Assembly: GCA_938015425.1 (NCBI GenBank)
Contig: CALLPQ010000030.1
Location: forward strand, 2,649 to 66,648
Length of the DNA stretch: 64,000 nucleotides
Direction of reading: 5' to 3'
Origin: an uncultured Parvularculaceae bacterium
Lineage (GTDB): Bacteria; Pseudomonadota; Alphaproteobacteria; Caulobacterales; Parvularculaceae
Below the pieces are notes generated by a model, which saw only the letters and a list, made by a program, of their open reading frames with translations, searched no databases and was not told the origin of the DNA. Within the stretch, counting starts at the first letter, position 1, and every line of letters begins with the position of its first letter. A program made the translations under genes and the position numbers. Of the stretch, positions 37,267 to 48,281 are shown piece after piece.

Positions 37267-38466
37267 ATGTCTGTTACACAAAAAACCAATGATGAATTGC
37301 CCGGCTTTCAATGGCAGGACCCGTTAATGCTGGACCTGCAATTAAGCGATGAAGAACGTATGATCCGCGATGCGGCCCATGCCTATTCTCAAGGGGAATT
37401 GCTACCAAGGGTAATTTCTGCCTTTAGAGAAGAGCGGTTTGATCGGGAAATCATGACAGAGATGGGCGCTCAAGGGTTGTTGGGTGTGACTTTACCGGAG
37501 GAATATGGCGGTGCAGGTGCCAACCACGTGGCTTATGGGTTGGTAGCGCGTGAGGTCGAACGTGTTGATAGTGGTTATCGTTCGGCCATGTCGGTGCAAT
37601 CATCCTTGGTGATGCACCCGATTTATGCTTTTGGTGATGAGGCGCAAAAAAAGAAATTTTTACCAAAACTGGCAAGCGGTGAATTTGTTGGTTGTTTTGG
37701 ATTAACAGAAACCGATGGTGGTTCTGATCCCGGGGCCATGCGCTCTAAAGCCACTGAGAGTGATGGCGGCTATATCCTTAAAGGGTCGAAAATGTGGATC
37801 ACAAATTCACCCATCAGTGATGTGGCTGTAGTATGGGCCAAGCTGGATGATGTTATTCGAGGTTTTATTCTAGAACGCGGTATGAAGGGGTTCTCGACAC
37901 CCAAGATAGAAGGCAAACTTTCCCTACGTGCTTCTGTGACCGGTGAAATTGTTATGGATGATGTGTTTGTGCCAGAAGAAAACCTGTTGCCAAACGTCAA
38001 AGGTTTGCGCGGACCGTTTTCATGTTTAAACAAAGCACGGTACGGAATATCATGGGGGTCCATGGGGGCAGCGGAAGCCTGTTGGTTCGGGGCGCATTCT
38101 TATGCTATGGAGCGGGTGGTTTTTGGTAAACCCATTGCCGGCACGCAACTGGTGCAGAAAAAGCTCGCGGACATGCAAACAGACATTGCCCTTGGATTGC
38201 AAGGGGCACTTCAACTTGGCCGAATGCTGGATCAAGGTATTTGGGCGCCTGAAGCTATTTCATTGATGAAGCGTAACAATTGCGGCAAAGCATTGGATGT
38301 AGCGCGCGTGGCGCGGGATATCCATGGGGGCAATGGTATTTCAGAAGAATATCACGTACTTCGCCACGCCATGAATCTTGAAACGGTGAATACATATGAG
38401 GGAACCCATGATGTGCATGCTCTTATTTTGGGGCGTGCGCAAACAGGCATTCAAGCATTTATGTAG
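37267..38466 (+). CDS. gcdH: Glutaryl-CoA dehydrogenase
   Basis: [22 protein letters not shown] opening typical of GCDH. Acyl-CoA dehydrogenase motifs [11 protein letters not shown] and [14 protein letters not shown]. Confidence 0.85.
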   Translation: MSVTQKTNDELPGFQWQDPLMLDLQLSDEERMIRDAAHAYSQGELLPRVISAFREERFDREIMTEMGAQGLLGVTLPEEYGGAGANHVAYGLVAREVERVDSGYRSAMSVQSSLVMHPIYAFGDEAQKKKFLPKLASGEFVGCFGLTETDGGSDPGAMRSKATESDGGYILKGSKMWITNSPISDVAVVWAKLDDVIRGFILERGMKGFSTPKIEGKLSLRASVTGEIVMDDVFVPEENLLPNVKGLRGPFSCLNKARYGISWGSMGAAEACWFGAHSYAMERVVFGKPIAGTQLVQKKLADMQTDIALGLQGALQLGRMLDQGIWAPEAISLMKRNNCGKALDVARVARDIHGGNGISEEYHVLRHAMNLETVNTYEGTHDVHALILGRAQTGIQAFM

Positions 38467-38500
38467 ATGATCAATATCTGAATAAAACTATGGTGATATT

Positions 38501-39643
38501 TTGCTTAAACGATCTATAGGGTTTTTCTTATATACGGTTTTGTTTATGGGCCTGATCAGTGTGGGGATTTCTACCTGTTCTGAAAAATCCGGCACTGAGT
38601 TGGTCACGAGTGAGCATCGTAAAAGTGAACAAGGTAAGCGTGGAAAAAGTAAGGGCGAATTCACCAAGAACAAAGATGATAACAAGAAGTCTCGAGAGGA
38701 CAGTATGACACAAAATTTTACGCCTTATCAGTGGAATACTCTTGATAGAAAAGCGCCTTTGATCATCGCCCATCGCGGGGCAAGTGGGCGATTGCCGGAA
38801 CACACACTTGCCGGTTATGATCTGGCTATTGATTTTGGTGCTGATTATATTGAACCAGACCTAGTTATAACAAAAGATGGTGTGTTGGTTGCCCGTCACG
38901 ATCGCTATTTGTCGACCACTACGGATATTGCGGATCACGAAGAATTTGCGAAACGCAAAACCGTTAAAGAAGGGCATGACGGAGCGGATTGGTTTGTTGA
39001 GGATTTTACCCTCGCGGAAATAAAAACACTGCGCGCCGTGCAACCCCGTGCGGGACGCTCCCCCCAATGGGATAGGCAATTTGAAATCCCCACCTTTGAA
39101 GAGATTTTACAATTAGCTAATCAACGCTCCCAATCTCTTGGACGGCGTATCGGTGTTTATCCCGAAACCAAACATCCCAAAGCCCTTGAGGCATTAGGTC
39201 TTTCTTTTGATGAACCTCTTTTGTCTCTATTGAATAAATATGGGTATAAGGATGAAAATGATCCTGTCTTTATTCAATCTTTCGAGACCGAGAATTTAAT
39301 ACGGTTGCGCCCCGTCACAAACATCCGGTTTATTTATCTAGTGGATAAAGCCCCTGAAATAAAGTTCGCGCAAATTGCAAAATTTGCGAACGGCATTGGC
39401 CCCTATAAGCTTTTATTGACCGATGCCGAGGGGAGGGATAACGGATTTATCAGGCAAGCCCATGATGCGGGATTGGCGGTTCATCCTTGGACATTCCGTG
39501 ATGATGACGTGTCAGCGATTTTTGACGGGGATGGTCGGCGTGAAATGGAACATTATATGCGCCTTGGTATCGATGGTCTATTTTCCGATTTCGCTGATAC
39601 GGCTTATAGCGTGCGTCAGACCCTCAGCAGGGCGTCAAAATAG
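38501..39643 (+). CDS. Glycerophosphodiester phosphodiesterase (GlpQ-like) lipoprotein
   Basis: TTG start with a lipobox (GISTC). LIIAHRGASGRLPEHT and YIEPDLVITKDG GDPD motifs. Confidence 0.8.
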   Translation: MLKRSIGFFLYTVLFMGLISVGISTCSEKSGTELVTSEHRKSEQGKRGKSKGEFTKNKDDNKKSREDSMTQNFTPYQWNTLDRKAPLIIAHRGASGRLPEHTLAGYDLAIDFGADYIEPDLVITKDGVLVARHDRYLSTTTDIADHEEFAKRKTVKEGHDGADWFVEDFTLAEIKTLRAVQPRAGRSPQWDRQFEIPTFEEILQLANQRSQSLGRRIGVYPETKHPKALEALGLSFDEPLLSLLNKYGYKDENDPVFIQSFETENLIRLRPVTNIRFIYLVDKAPEIKFAQIAKFANGIGPYKLLLTDAEGRDNGFIRQAHDAGLAVHPWTFRDDDVSAIFDGDGRREMEHYMRLGIDGLFSDFADTAYSVRQTLSRASK

Positions 39644-39944
39644 TGACCATCACGTAACGGTGAAATAAAAAATCCGGAATTTGATGGGTAATCGCGTTTT
39701 AGGCGAGTGCTTCGATAAGACTACCCTTTTTGGGCCCAATCGCGACAACTTATATAGGCTAAAATTGCCAAATTTAGGACTATAGACTGCTAATTTAAGC
39801 TATTGAAATAGTGAGTCTTATTTTTATCAGATTGTATAATGTTTTTGTGGGCGTTTTTCCCTAAAAAAACACTCAAAATTAGGAGTCTAGGGTTATTTAT
39901 GGCGTGAAGTTTGAACGATCTCATTGGTGACTTGACGAGACTAG

Positions 39945-41489
<1,545 letters not shown>

Positions 41490-41493
41490 CCCC

Positions 41494-42510
41494 ATGGCAA
41501 GAATGACAATGATTGAAGCGCTAAGAAGCGCGATGGATAATATGATGGAACGCGATAAAAATGTTGTCGTGTTTGGCGAAGATGTAGGCTATTTTGGTGG
41601 CGTGTTTAGATGTACGTCGGGATTGCAGGAAAAATATGGCAAGAGCCGTTGTTTTGATGCCCCGATTAGCGAAAGCGGCATTGTAGGCGCAGCGATCGGG
41701 ATGGCGGCAAATGGTTTGCGTCCATGTGTGGAAATTCAGTTTGCGGATTATGTGTATCCAGCCTATGACCAGATAACCCAGGAGGCTGCGCGTATTCGCT
41801 ATCGCTCCAATGGTGATTTTACGGCTCCGATCACGATCAGAATGCCAACGGGGGGCGGTATTTTTGGAGGGCAAACCCACAGTCAAAGCCCCGAGGCTTT
41901 GTTTACCCATGTGGCCGGATTAAAAACTGTTATTCCGTGTAACCCCTATGATGCCAAGGGGTTGTTGATTTCAGCGATAGAAGATGATGATCCGGTGATG
42001 TTCCTTGAACCCAAGCGGCTTTATAATGGGCCTTTTGATGGTCATCATGATCGTGCCATTACCCCTTGGTCAAAACATGAAGCGGGTGAGGTGCCGGAGG
42101 ATTATTATAATATTCCCCTAGGTAAGGCGGCCATTCGCCGTGAGGGCCAAGCGGTTACAGTGCTGGCTTATGGCACCATGGTTTATGTGGCGTTGGCGGC
42201 GGCTGAAGAGACTGGCATTGACGCGGAAGTCATTGACCTGCGCACTTTGGTTCCTCTTGATATCGATACGATTGAGAAATCGGTTAAAAAAACAGGACGC
42301 TGCGTTGTGGTTCATGAAGCCACTAAAACTTCCGGCTTTGGCGGCGAATTGTCTTCACTGGTTCAAGAAGCATGTTTTTATCATCTTGAAGCCCCTGTTG
42401 TGCGGGTGGCGGGTTGGGATACTCCTTATCCACACGCGCAAGAATGGTCGTATTTTCCAGGACCCGAGCGGGTTGGCAATGCATTGAAAACTGTGATGGA
42501 GGACGCGTAA
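41494..42510 (+). CDS. bkdA2: Branched-chain 2-oxoacid dehydrogenase E1 beta
   Basis: MARMTMIEALRSAM...VVVFGEDVGYFGGVFRCT. GGGAG SD. Confidence 0.9.
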   Translation: MARMTMIEALRSAMDNMMERDKNVVVFGEDVGYFGGVFRCTSGLQEKYGKSRCFDAPISESGIVGAAIGMAANGLRPCVEIQFADYVYPAYDQITQEAARIRYRSNGDFTAPITIRMPTGGGIFGGQTHSQSPEALFTHVAGLKTVIPCNPYDAKGLLISAIEDDDPVMFLEPKRLYNGPFDGHHDRAITPWSKHEAGEVPEDYYNIPLGKAAIRREGQAVTVLAYGTMVYVALAAAEETGIDAEVIDLRTLVPLDIDTIEKSVKKTGRCVVVHEATKTSGFGGELSSLVQEACFYHLEAPVVRVAGWDTPYPHAQEWSYFPGPERVGNALKTVMEDA

Positions 42511-43871
42511 TGGGTCTTTATACAATAAAGTTACCAGATGTTGGTGAGGGTGTTGCCGAAGCCGAACTGGTTGAGTGGATGGTGGAAGAAGGTCAAGCCA
42601 TTGTTGAGGATCAGGTTTTAGCTGCTGTGATGACCGATAAAGCCACTGTGGAAATTCCATCCCCTGTTGAAGGTGTTTTAAGCTGGCGCGGGGCCAGTAT
42701 CGGTGAAGTGATTGCTGTGGGCTCTCCCATAATCCGTATCGAGATTGACGGAGAGGGGAATAGCGATGGATTGGATGTTGATACCCCCGCGAACAATAGT
42801 GATGCAAAACCCCCGCAAGATAGCGTAAAATCCCCAGCAGAACAGCCGGCAGCAGGAAGTGCGCAGCCGCTTGTCTCGGCGCAATCAGTGGTCGGAGATA
42901 ATAAACCGGTTTCTAAAAGTTCGACACCGGCAAATGAATTTAAATCTTCAAAAATGTCTGCTGGTAATGCGGTTGCGGCGCGCGCCGAGGGGGAAAGCCC
43001 TCTTGCGTCTCCCGCTGTGCGATTGCGGGCCCGTAATGTGGGGATTGATTTGCGTATGGTTGCGGGCAGTGGCCCTGCGGGGCGGATTACCCATGATGAT
43101 ATTGATCAAATCATAGCTAAAGGCCCACAAAGTGGTGGCGGCTCTGGCCGGGGCGGCCTTGTTGCGAACACGCAAATTACCGATGTGCCGGTGATTGGTT
43201 TGCGCCGGAAAATTGCTCAACAAATGAGCATCGCCAAAGAGCGTATTGTGCCGATCACCTATGTGGATGAAATTGATGTCACCGCGTTAGAAGAATTACG
43301 GGCACGTCTTAATAAGAATAAAAAAGACCATCAACCAAAATTGACCATGTTACCGTTTTTGATGAAAGCCATGATTAAGGCGATTGGTGAATTGCCGCAA
43401 ATGAATGCGCTTTATGATGACGAAACGGGTGTCGTGCATCAATATGGCGGTGTGCATATTGGTGTTGCTACGCAAACGCCAAACGGTCTGATCGTACCTG
43501 TGGTGCGCCATGCCGAAGCACGAACCGTGTGGGAATGCGCGGAGGAGGTCTTGCGGTTGGCGCAAGCTGCCCGTGATGGATCGGCCCGCCGCGATGAATT
43601 GTCAGGGTCCACCATAACGATTACCTCGTTGGGGGCCATGGGCGGGTTAGTGACAACGCCCGTGATTAACCACCCTGAAGTCTCAATCATCGGGGTCAAT
43701 AAAATGCAAGTGCGGGCGATTTGGGATGGAACACAATTTATCCCCCGTAAGATTATGAATTTGTCATCCAGCTTTGACCACCGGATTATTGATGGTTGGG
43801 ATTGTGCATTGTTTATTCAACGTATTAAAGGCTTGCTTGAATCACCTGCTGAAATTTTTATAGACGAATAG
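42510..43871 (+). CDS. bkdB: Dihydrolipoamide branched-chain acyltransferase E2
   Basis: Lipoyl domain LPDVGEGVAEAELVEW...VMTDKATVEIPS. Catalytic SFDHRIIDG. The ATG overlaps the upstream stop (TAATG). Confidence 0.9.
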   Translation: MGLYTIKLPDVGEGVAEAELVEWMVEEGQAIVEDQVLAAVMTDKATVEIPSPVEGVLSWRGASIGEVIAVGSPIIRIEIDGEGNSDGLDVDTPANNSDAKPPQDSVKSPAEQPAAGSAQPLVSAQSVVGDNKPVSKSSTPANEFKSSKMSAGNAVAARAEGESPLASPAVRLRARNVGIDLRMVAGSGPAGRITHDDIDQIIAKGPQSGGGSGRGGLVANTQITDVPVIGLRRKIAQQMSIAKERIVPITYVDEIDVTALEELRARLNKNKKDHQPKLTMLPFLMKAMIKAIGELPQMNALYDDETGVVHQYGGVHIGVATQTPNGLIVPVVRHAEARTVWECAEEVLRLAQAARDGSARRDELSGSTITITSLGAMGGLVTTPVINHPEVSIIGVNKMQVRAIWDGTQFIPRKIMNLSSSFDHRIIDGWDCALFIQRIKGLLESPAEIFIDE

Positions 43872-43881
43872 GGTAGTTTCC

Positions 43882-45276
43882 ATGAAAGACCAAAATTGTT
43901 CCCTGCTTGTGATTGGCGCTGGACCGGGTGGGTATGCCGCGGCTATTCGCGCTGGCCAGTTGGGTATTGATACAATTATCGTTGATAAGCAAAAACCCGG
44001 GGGCACCTGTTTAAATGTCGGGTGTATTCCGTCTAAAGCGCTTATTCATGTTGCTGATGAATTTTATAAAGCAACCCATTTTGCTAATGGCTCTGATATT
44101 GGCATTAGTGTTTCTGGCGCAAAAATCGATTTACAAAAATCAGTGGCTTGGAAAGATGGCATTGTTAAACGCCTTAATCAAGGGGTGAGTGGGCTTTTAA
44201 AAAAATCAAAAGTTCAACAAATTGAAGGCACAGCAAAATTTATAGACGGCAAAACCGTCTTGGTAGAAACTAATGAAGGGGAGCAACGGATTAGCTGTAA
44301 AAATATTATTATTGCAACGGGTTCTGTGCCTGTGGAATTACCGTTTTTACCATTTGAAGGGCCTGTTATTTCTTCAACGGGTGCCTTGTCTCTTGGCGAA
44401 GTGCCTGAGAATTTTGTTGTTGTTGGCGGCGGATATATTGGTCTTGAAATGGGGATTGCTTACGCAAAAATGGGGGCCAAGGTTACGATTGTGGAAGCGG
44501 CGAAAAATATTCTTCCCCAATATGATACCGCTTTAACCAAGCCTGTTTTAACCAAGTTGAAAAAGCTTGGCGTTACGGTGATGCTTGACACCAAGGCCAA
44601 AGGTTTAAATGAAAAGCAAACCAAGCTTGTGGTTGAGCGCGCCAATGGCGAGCTTGAAAAATTGCAAGCGGATAAAGTTTTGGTCACTGTCGGGCGTAAG
44701 GCCAATACGAAAGGGTTTAACCTTGAAGGCTTGATGCTGGATATGGAAGGGCCGTTTATCAAGATTAATCAAAAATGCCAAACATCAATGAACGGTGTTT
44801 ACGCTATTGGTGATGTTACGGGGGACCCGATGTTGGCCCACCGTGCCATTGCACAAGGGGAAATGACGGCGGAAATTATTTCCGGTATTAACCGTGAATG
44901 GGACAAACAGGTTGTACCGGCCATTTGTTTTACGGACCCTGAAGTGGTGGTCGCCGGACTTTCTCCTGGTGAAGCGAAACAAGCCGGATTTGACATTATC
45001 ACTAATGAGTTCCCTTTTATGGCCAATGGTCGCGCCATGACCATGGAAGCCGAAGAGGGATTTATACGGATTGTTGCTCGCGCGGACAATCATGTTGTGT
45101 TGGGGATACAAGGTGTTGGCGGCGGCGTTGCCGAACTGTCAGCCAGTTTCTCGCTGGCGATTGAAATGGGGGCAAGGCTTGAAGATATTGCCTCGACTAT
45201 TCACGCCCACCCGACCCAAAGTGAAGCATTCCAGGAGGCAGCGATGCGCACATTAGGGCACGCACTGCATATCTAA
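43882..45276 (+). CDS. lpdV: Dihydrolipoyl dehydrogenase E3
   Basis: GAGPGGY, redox-active GGTCLNVGCIPSK, C-terminal HAHPT. Confidence 0.9.
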   Translation: MKDQNCSLLVIGAGPGGYAAAIRAGQLGIDTIIVDKQKPGGTCLNVGCIPSKALIHVADEFYKATHFANGSDIGISVSGAKIDLQKSVAWKDGIVKRLNQGVSGLLKKSKVQQIEGTAKFIDGKTVLVETNEGEQRISCKNIIIATGSVPVELPFLPFEGPVISSTGALSLGEVPENFVVVGGGYIGLEMGIAYAKMGAKVTIVEAAKNILPQYDTALTKPVLTKLKKLGVTVMLDTKAKGLNEKQTKLVVERANGELEKLQADKVLVTVGRKANTKGFNLEGLMLDMEGPFIKINQKCQTSMNGVYAIGDVTGDPMLAHRAIAQGEMTAEIISGINREWDKQVVPAICFTDPEVVVAGLSPGEAKQAGFDIITNEFPFMANGRAMTMEAEEGFIRIVARADNHVVLGIQGVGGGVAELSASFSLAIEMGARLEDIASTIHAHPTQSEAFQEAAMRTLGHALHI

Positions 45277-46331
45277 GCGCCCAATTCAAACATCAATAAA
45301 AGTGTTTTCTGACGGTCCCGAAAATTATCGTCAGAAATAATATAGATAAAAGTACGCCCTGATTGATCTGTGCGAACAGATATGCCTTCAAAATTATCAA
45401 GCTTATGGAGCAGACCAAAGCTTGCTAGTTTTTTTGGTTTTATAGTTTTGAAGGATAGGGGGTCATTTGGCCCTTGGTTGATTTCTTTATCCAGAGGGAA
45501 TGAAGATAAGCGGGCATATAAACCAGAGCGCTTATGAAAATAACGCTCCAGAAAATATAAACTACCTTGATGATAAGTGACATCGGTGATGCTAAACTTT
45601 TTCGTTTTCTTTACAAAAAACGGGGTTTGCTGATTGTTTTGAATAATATATCCGGGGGTATCAGATTTTTTATGATCAGGGTTTTGTTCAGCAAGTGTAA
45701 TCACGGTAGAAGAATTAATCCGTGCGACGGATTCTAATGATTTATTATTACGCAGCTTCTTTAAGTGATTGAAATCGGATAATCGTCCTTGATGTAAAAT
45801 AATGCCATCGGGTTGAATTTGATAGTGTTCAATTCTGGGGTGGCCTTCAAAAGATACCAATAATTCAGAACCGGTTTGCTCTACGCTTTCGCTATCCCCT
45901 TGTGAAAAGCGCGATATATTCTGATCTCCTAAGAGGGTCAAAATGGCGCCCTTGTGGGCCCCGCTTAATTGACCTTGTGCGTTATAGTCCAGAGATAGTT
46001 TTAACCAGTGGGAGCGATCAGATACGGCTAATAATTGTCTACCGTCTTCGCTGATGGACAAACCGGAATAGCCGCCAAATTTTTTGGAGTTACTTTTAAG
46101 TTCTAACCCGCCGTGATAAATCAATTTACCAGTACGAAAAGATTTGTTTGCGCTTACTGTTCGGCTGAGTTGATGGGGCGCAGTTTTTATGTCAATTTTT
46201 TCCCATTGATGCCCATATTTATTTGATGGCACTGGTAATGAAGATATTTGACCCCACCCTTGATAAGGAAGAAGCAGAAATAAAGACACTAATAAACTAT
46301 AAAAAATAATGCGTATAAACCGTAAAGCCAT
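45273..46331 (-). CDS. Secreted protein of the esterase-like-activity-of-phytase family
   Basis: Signal peptide. FGGYSGLSISEDGRQLLAVSDRSHW and FEGISV...IYIISDDNF motifs. Confidence 0.65.
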   Translation of the reverse strand: MALRFIRIIFYSLLVSLFLLLPYQGWGQISSLPVPSNKYGHQWEKIDIKTAPHQLSRTVSANKSFRTGKLIYHGGLELKSNSKKFGGYSGLSISEDGRQLLAVSDRSHWLKLSLDYNAQGQLSGAHKGAILTLLGDQNISRFSQGDSESVEQTGSELLVSFEGHPRIEHYQIQPDGIILHQGRLSDFNHLKKLRNNKSLESVARINSSTVITLAEQNPDHKKSDTPGYIIQNNQQTPFFVKKTKKFSITDVTYHQGSLYFLERYFHKRSGLYARLSSFPLDKEINQGPNDPLSFKTIKPKKLASFGLLHKLDNFEGISVRTDQSGRTFIYIISDDNFRDRQKTLLLMFELGA

Positions 46332-46359
46332 AATAAAATTCTTTTATAATCGTCGCCGT

Positions 46360-48189
46360 TTAATTATTTTTATCTTCGTCAAATAATTCTGCCAGCTTAT
46401 CAACCATGGCGCTGCCCAATTGGTCGGCATCGACGATTGTTAAAGCCCGTTGGTACCAACGGGTAACATCATGACCAATGCCAATGGCCAATAATTCAAC
46501 GGGGGATTTGTTTTCTATTTCGTCGATGACATCGCGTAAATTCCGCTCCAGATAAGCGCCGCCATTGGCAGAAGATGTGGTGTCATCCACGGGTGCGCCG
46601 TCAGAAATGACCATCAGAATGCGTCTTGCTTCTGGCCGCACCATCAGTCGGTCATGGGCCCATATTAAGGCTTCCCCATCAATATTTTCTTTTAAAATTC
46701 CCTCTTTCATCATCAAGCCGAGAGATGAACGAGCGCGCCGCCAAGGGGAGTCTGCCCCTTTGTAAATAATATGGCGCAAATCATTGAGCCGTCCCGGTTT
46801 AGCCGGACGATCTTCACTCACCCATTGCTCACGTGATGCGCCGCCCTTCCATGCTTTGGTGGTGAAGCCAAGGATCTCCACCTTAACGCCACAACGCTCT
46901 AGGGTGCGGGCCAGAATATCAGCGCATATGGCTGCGATAGTGATGGGACGCCCCCGCATTGAGCCTGAATTATCGATCAGTAGGGTGACGACTGTATCAC
47001 GAAATTCCTGGTCTTTTTCCCGTTTAAACGATAGAGGTTGCATCGGGTCGATAACGATACGGGCCAACCGCGCTGCGTCAAGAACGCCTTCATCAAGGTC
47101 AAACATCCAGCTTCTATTTTGTTGTGCCATGAGTTTACGTTGTAGCTGGTTGGCCAAACGGGAGACAATGGCATGGAAGTTCTCGAGTTGACGATCGAGG
47201 GTTCGGCGTAACCGCAATAATTCTTCCGGATCACACAAATCACTGGCTTCGGCAATCTCGTCAAACTCTGTTGTATACGGTTTATAATGGTCACCATTAT
47301 CGCCAGATTGTGACTGTTGACCCATGGTGGCGTTAGCATCTTGGGATGTTTCTTCGTCTTGGTCATTTTCCAGATCGAAATCCTGATCGCTGCCTTGGGC
47401 TTCGCTATCGTTTATCTCATCCCCGTCGGGCATGGCGTCATCGGGGTTTTCTGCGGTTGGATCACTTTCTTCATCATCAGGTGATTTATTATCGTTCTCG
47501 TGATCGTTCTCGTCTTCGCTTTCTTGATTATCGTCTTCTTGATCCCCTTTTTCTTCATCATCCAGTTCAAGATCACGGATGACATCTCTTGCCAGTTTGG
47601 CAAAACTGCCCTGATCTTCCAGATGATCAATATTGCTGAGGGCATCAAAGCTTTTGCCCGCTTTGTCTTTTAATTGTTGTAGCCAGAATTCGAGTAAGGG
47701 TTTTGCGGAATGTGGGGCAGGGCGACCCGTCAGTTTTTCCCGCAAGACTAACGCCGCCGCATCGGCAAGGGGGGTGATATCATCATCGCTTCGATTATCG
47801 TTGGTTTTTAGTTTAAAGCTTTGCTCTAAGGCTGCAGCAAGATTATCGCCAACCCCTTCCATGGCTCTTGCGCCAATGGCTTCGATGCGGGCATTTTCAA
47901 GGGCTTTAAACACGACCCGTCCGGCTGTATTTTTCGGGGCTAATTGTTCGTGGGTGATGGCGTCGTGATGGGCAAGACGCAAAGCCGCGGCATCTGCTTC
48001 GCCGCGCGTGATCGCCGCGGTTTCCCGATTGATAATCCGGTCTGGCAAGGGTATCCGCGCCGTCGTGCCAGCAACTTGCATGACATCGCCACCAAAGCTG
48101 ACATCCACTTCTTGGGTGGCGCTTAAGGCTTTGGTTGTTTGAAGAAGGGCCCTTTTAAAGGCCTCACGCATCTCTTGTGTTCTATCCAT
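46360..48189 (-). CDS. cobT: Cobaltochelatase subunit CobT-like protein (acidic linker + vWA domain)
   Basis: [14 protein letters not shown]-terminus, long D/E-rich linker, vWA with [16 protein letters not shown] motif. The start could be the TTG at 48237 instead. Confidence 0.8.
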   Translation of the reverse strand: MDRTQEMREAFKRALLQTTKALSATQEVDVSFGGDVMQVAGTTARIPLPDRIINRETAAITRGEADAAALRLAHHDAITHEQLAPKNTAGRVVFKALENARIEAIGARAMEGVGDNLAAALEQSFKLKTNDNRSDDDITPLADAAALVLREKLTGRPAPHSAKPLLEFWLQQLKDKAGKSFDALSNIDHLEDQGSFAKLARDVIRDLELDDEEKGDQEDDNQESEDENDHENDNKSPDDEESDPTAENPDDAMPDGDEINDSEAQGSDQDFDLENDQDEETSQDANATMGQQSQSGDNGDHYKPYTTEFDEIAEASDLCDPEELLRLRRTLDRQLENFHAIVSRLANQLQRKLMAQQNRSWMFDLDEGVLDAARLARIVIDPMQPLSFKREKDQEFRDTVVTLLIDNSGSMRGRPITIAAICADILARTLERCGVKVEILGFTTKAWKGGASREQWVSEDRPAKPGRLNDLRHIIYKGADSPWRRARSSLGLMMKEGILKENIDGEALIWAHDRLMVRPEARRILMVISDGAPVDDTTSSANGGAYLERNLRDVIDEIENKSPVELLAIGIGHDVTRWYQRALTIVDADQLGSAMVDKLAELFDEDKNN

Positions 48190-48281
48190 GGGGGGAACAT
48201 ATATCCCCTTGGGTAAAACCCCAAGTGCGGATTGCAAGAAATCGTCAGTTTTTTACGCGAAATAGTTAGATGCCCGATAGG

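Noticed and set aside
37117-37311. 64-aa minus-strand ORF spanning repeat array 2 and the gcdH start
   Set aside because: It is generated by the tandem repeat itself, overlaps the gcdH start region, and has no SD or motif.
45273-45276. 4-nt overlap of the convergent stop codons of lpdV and the phytase-like gene
   Set aside because: This is a coincidental TAA/TAG overlap (TCTAAG). It is common in compact genomes and has no structural feature attached.
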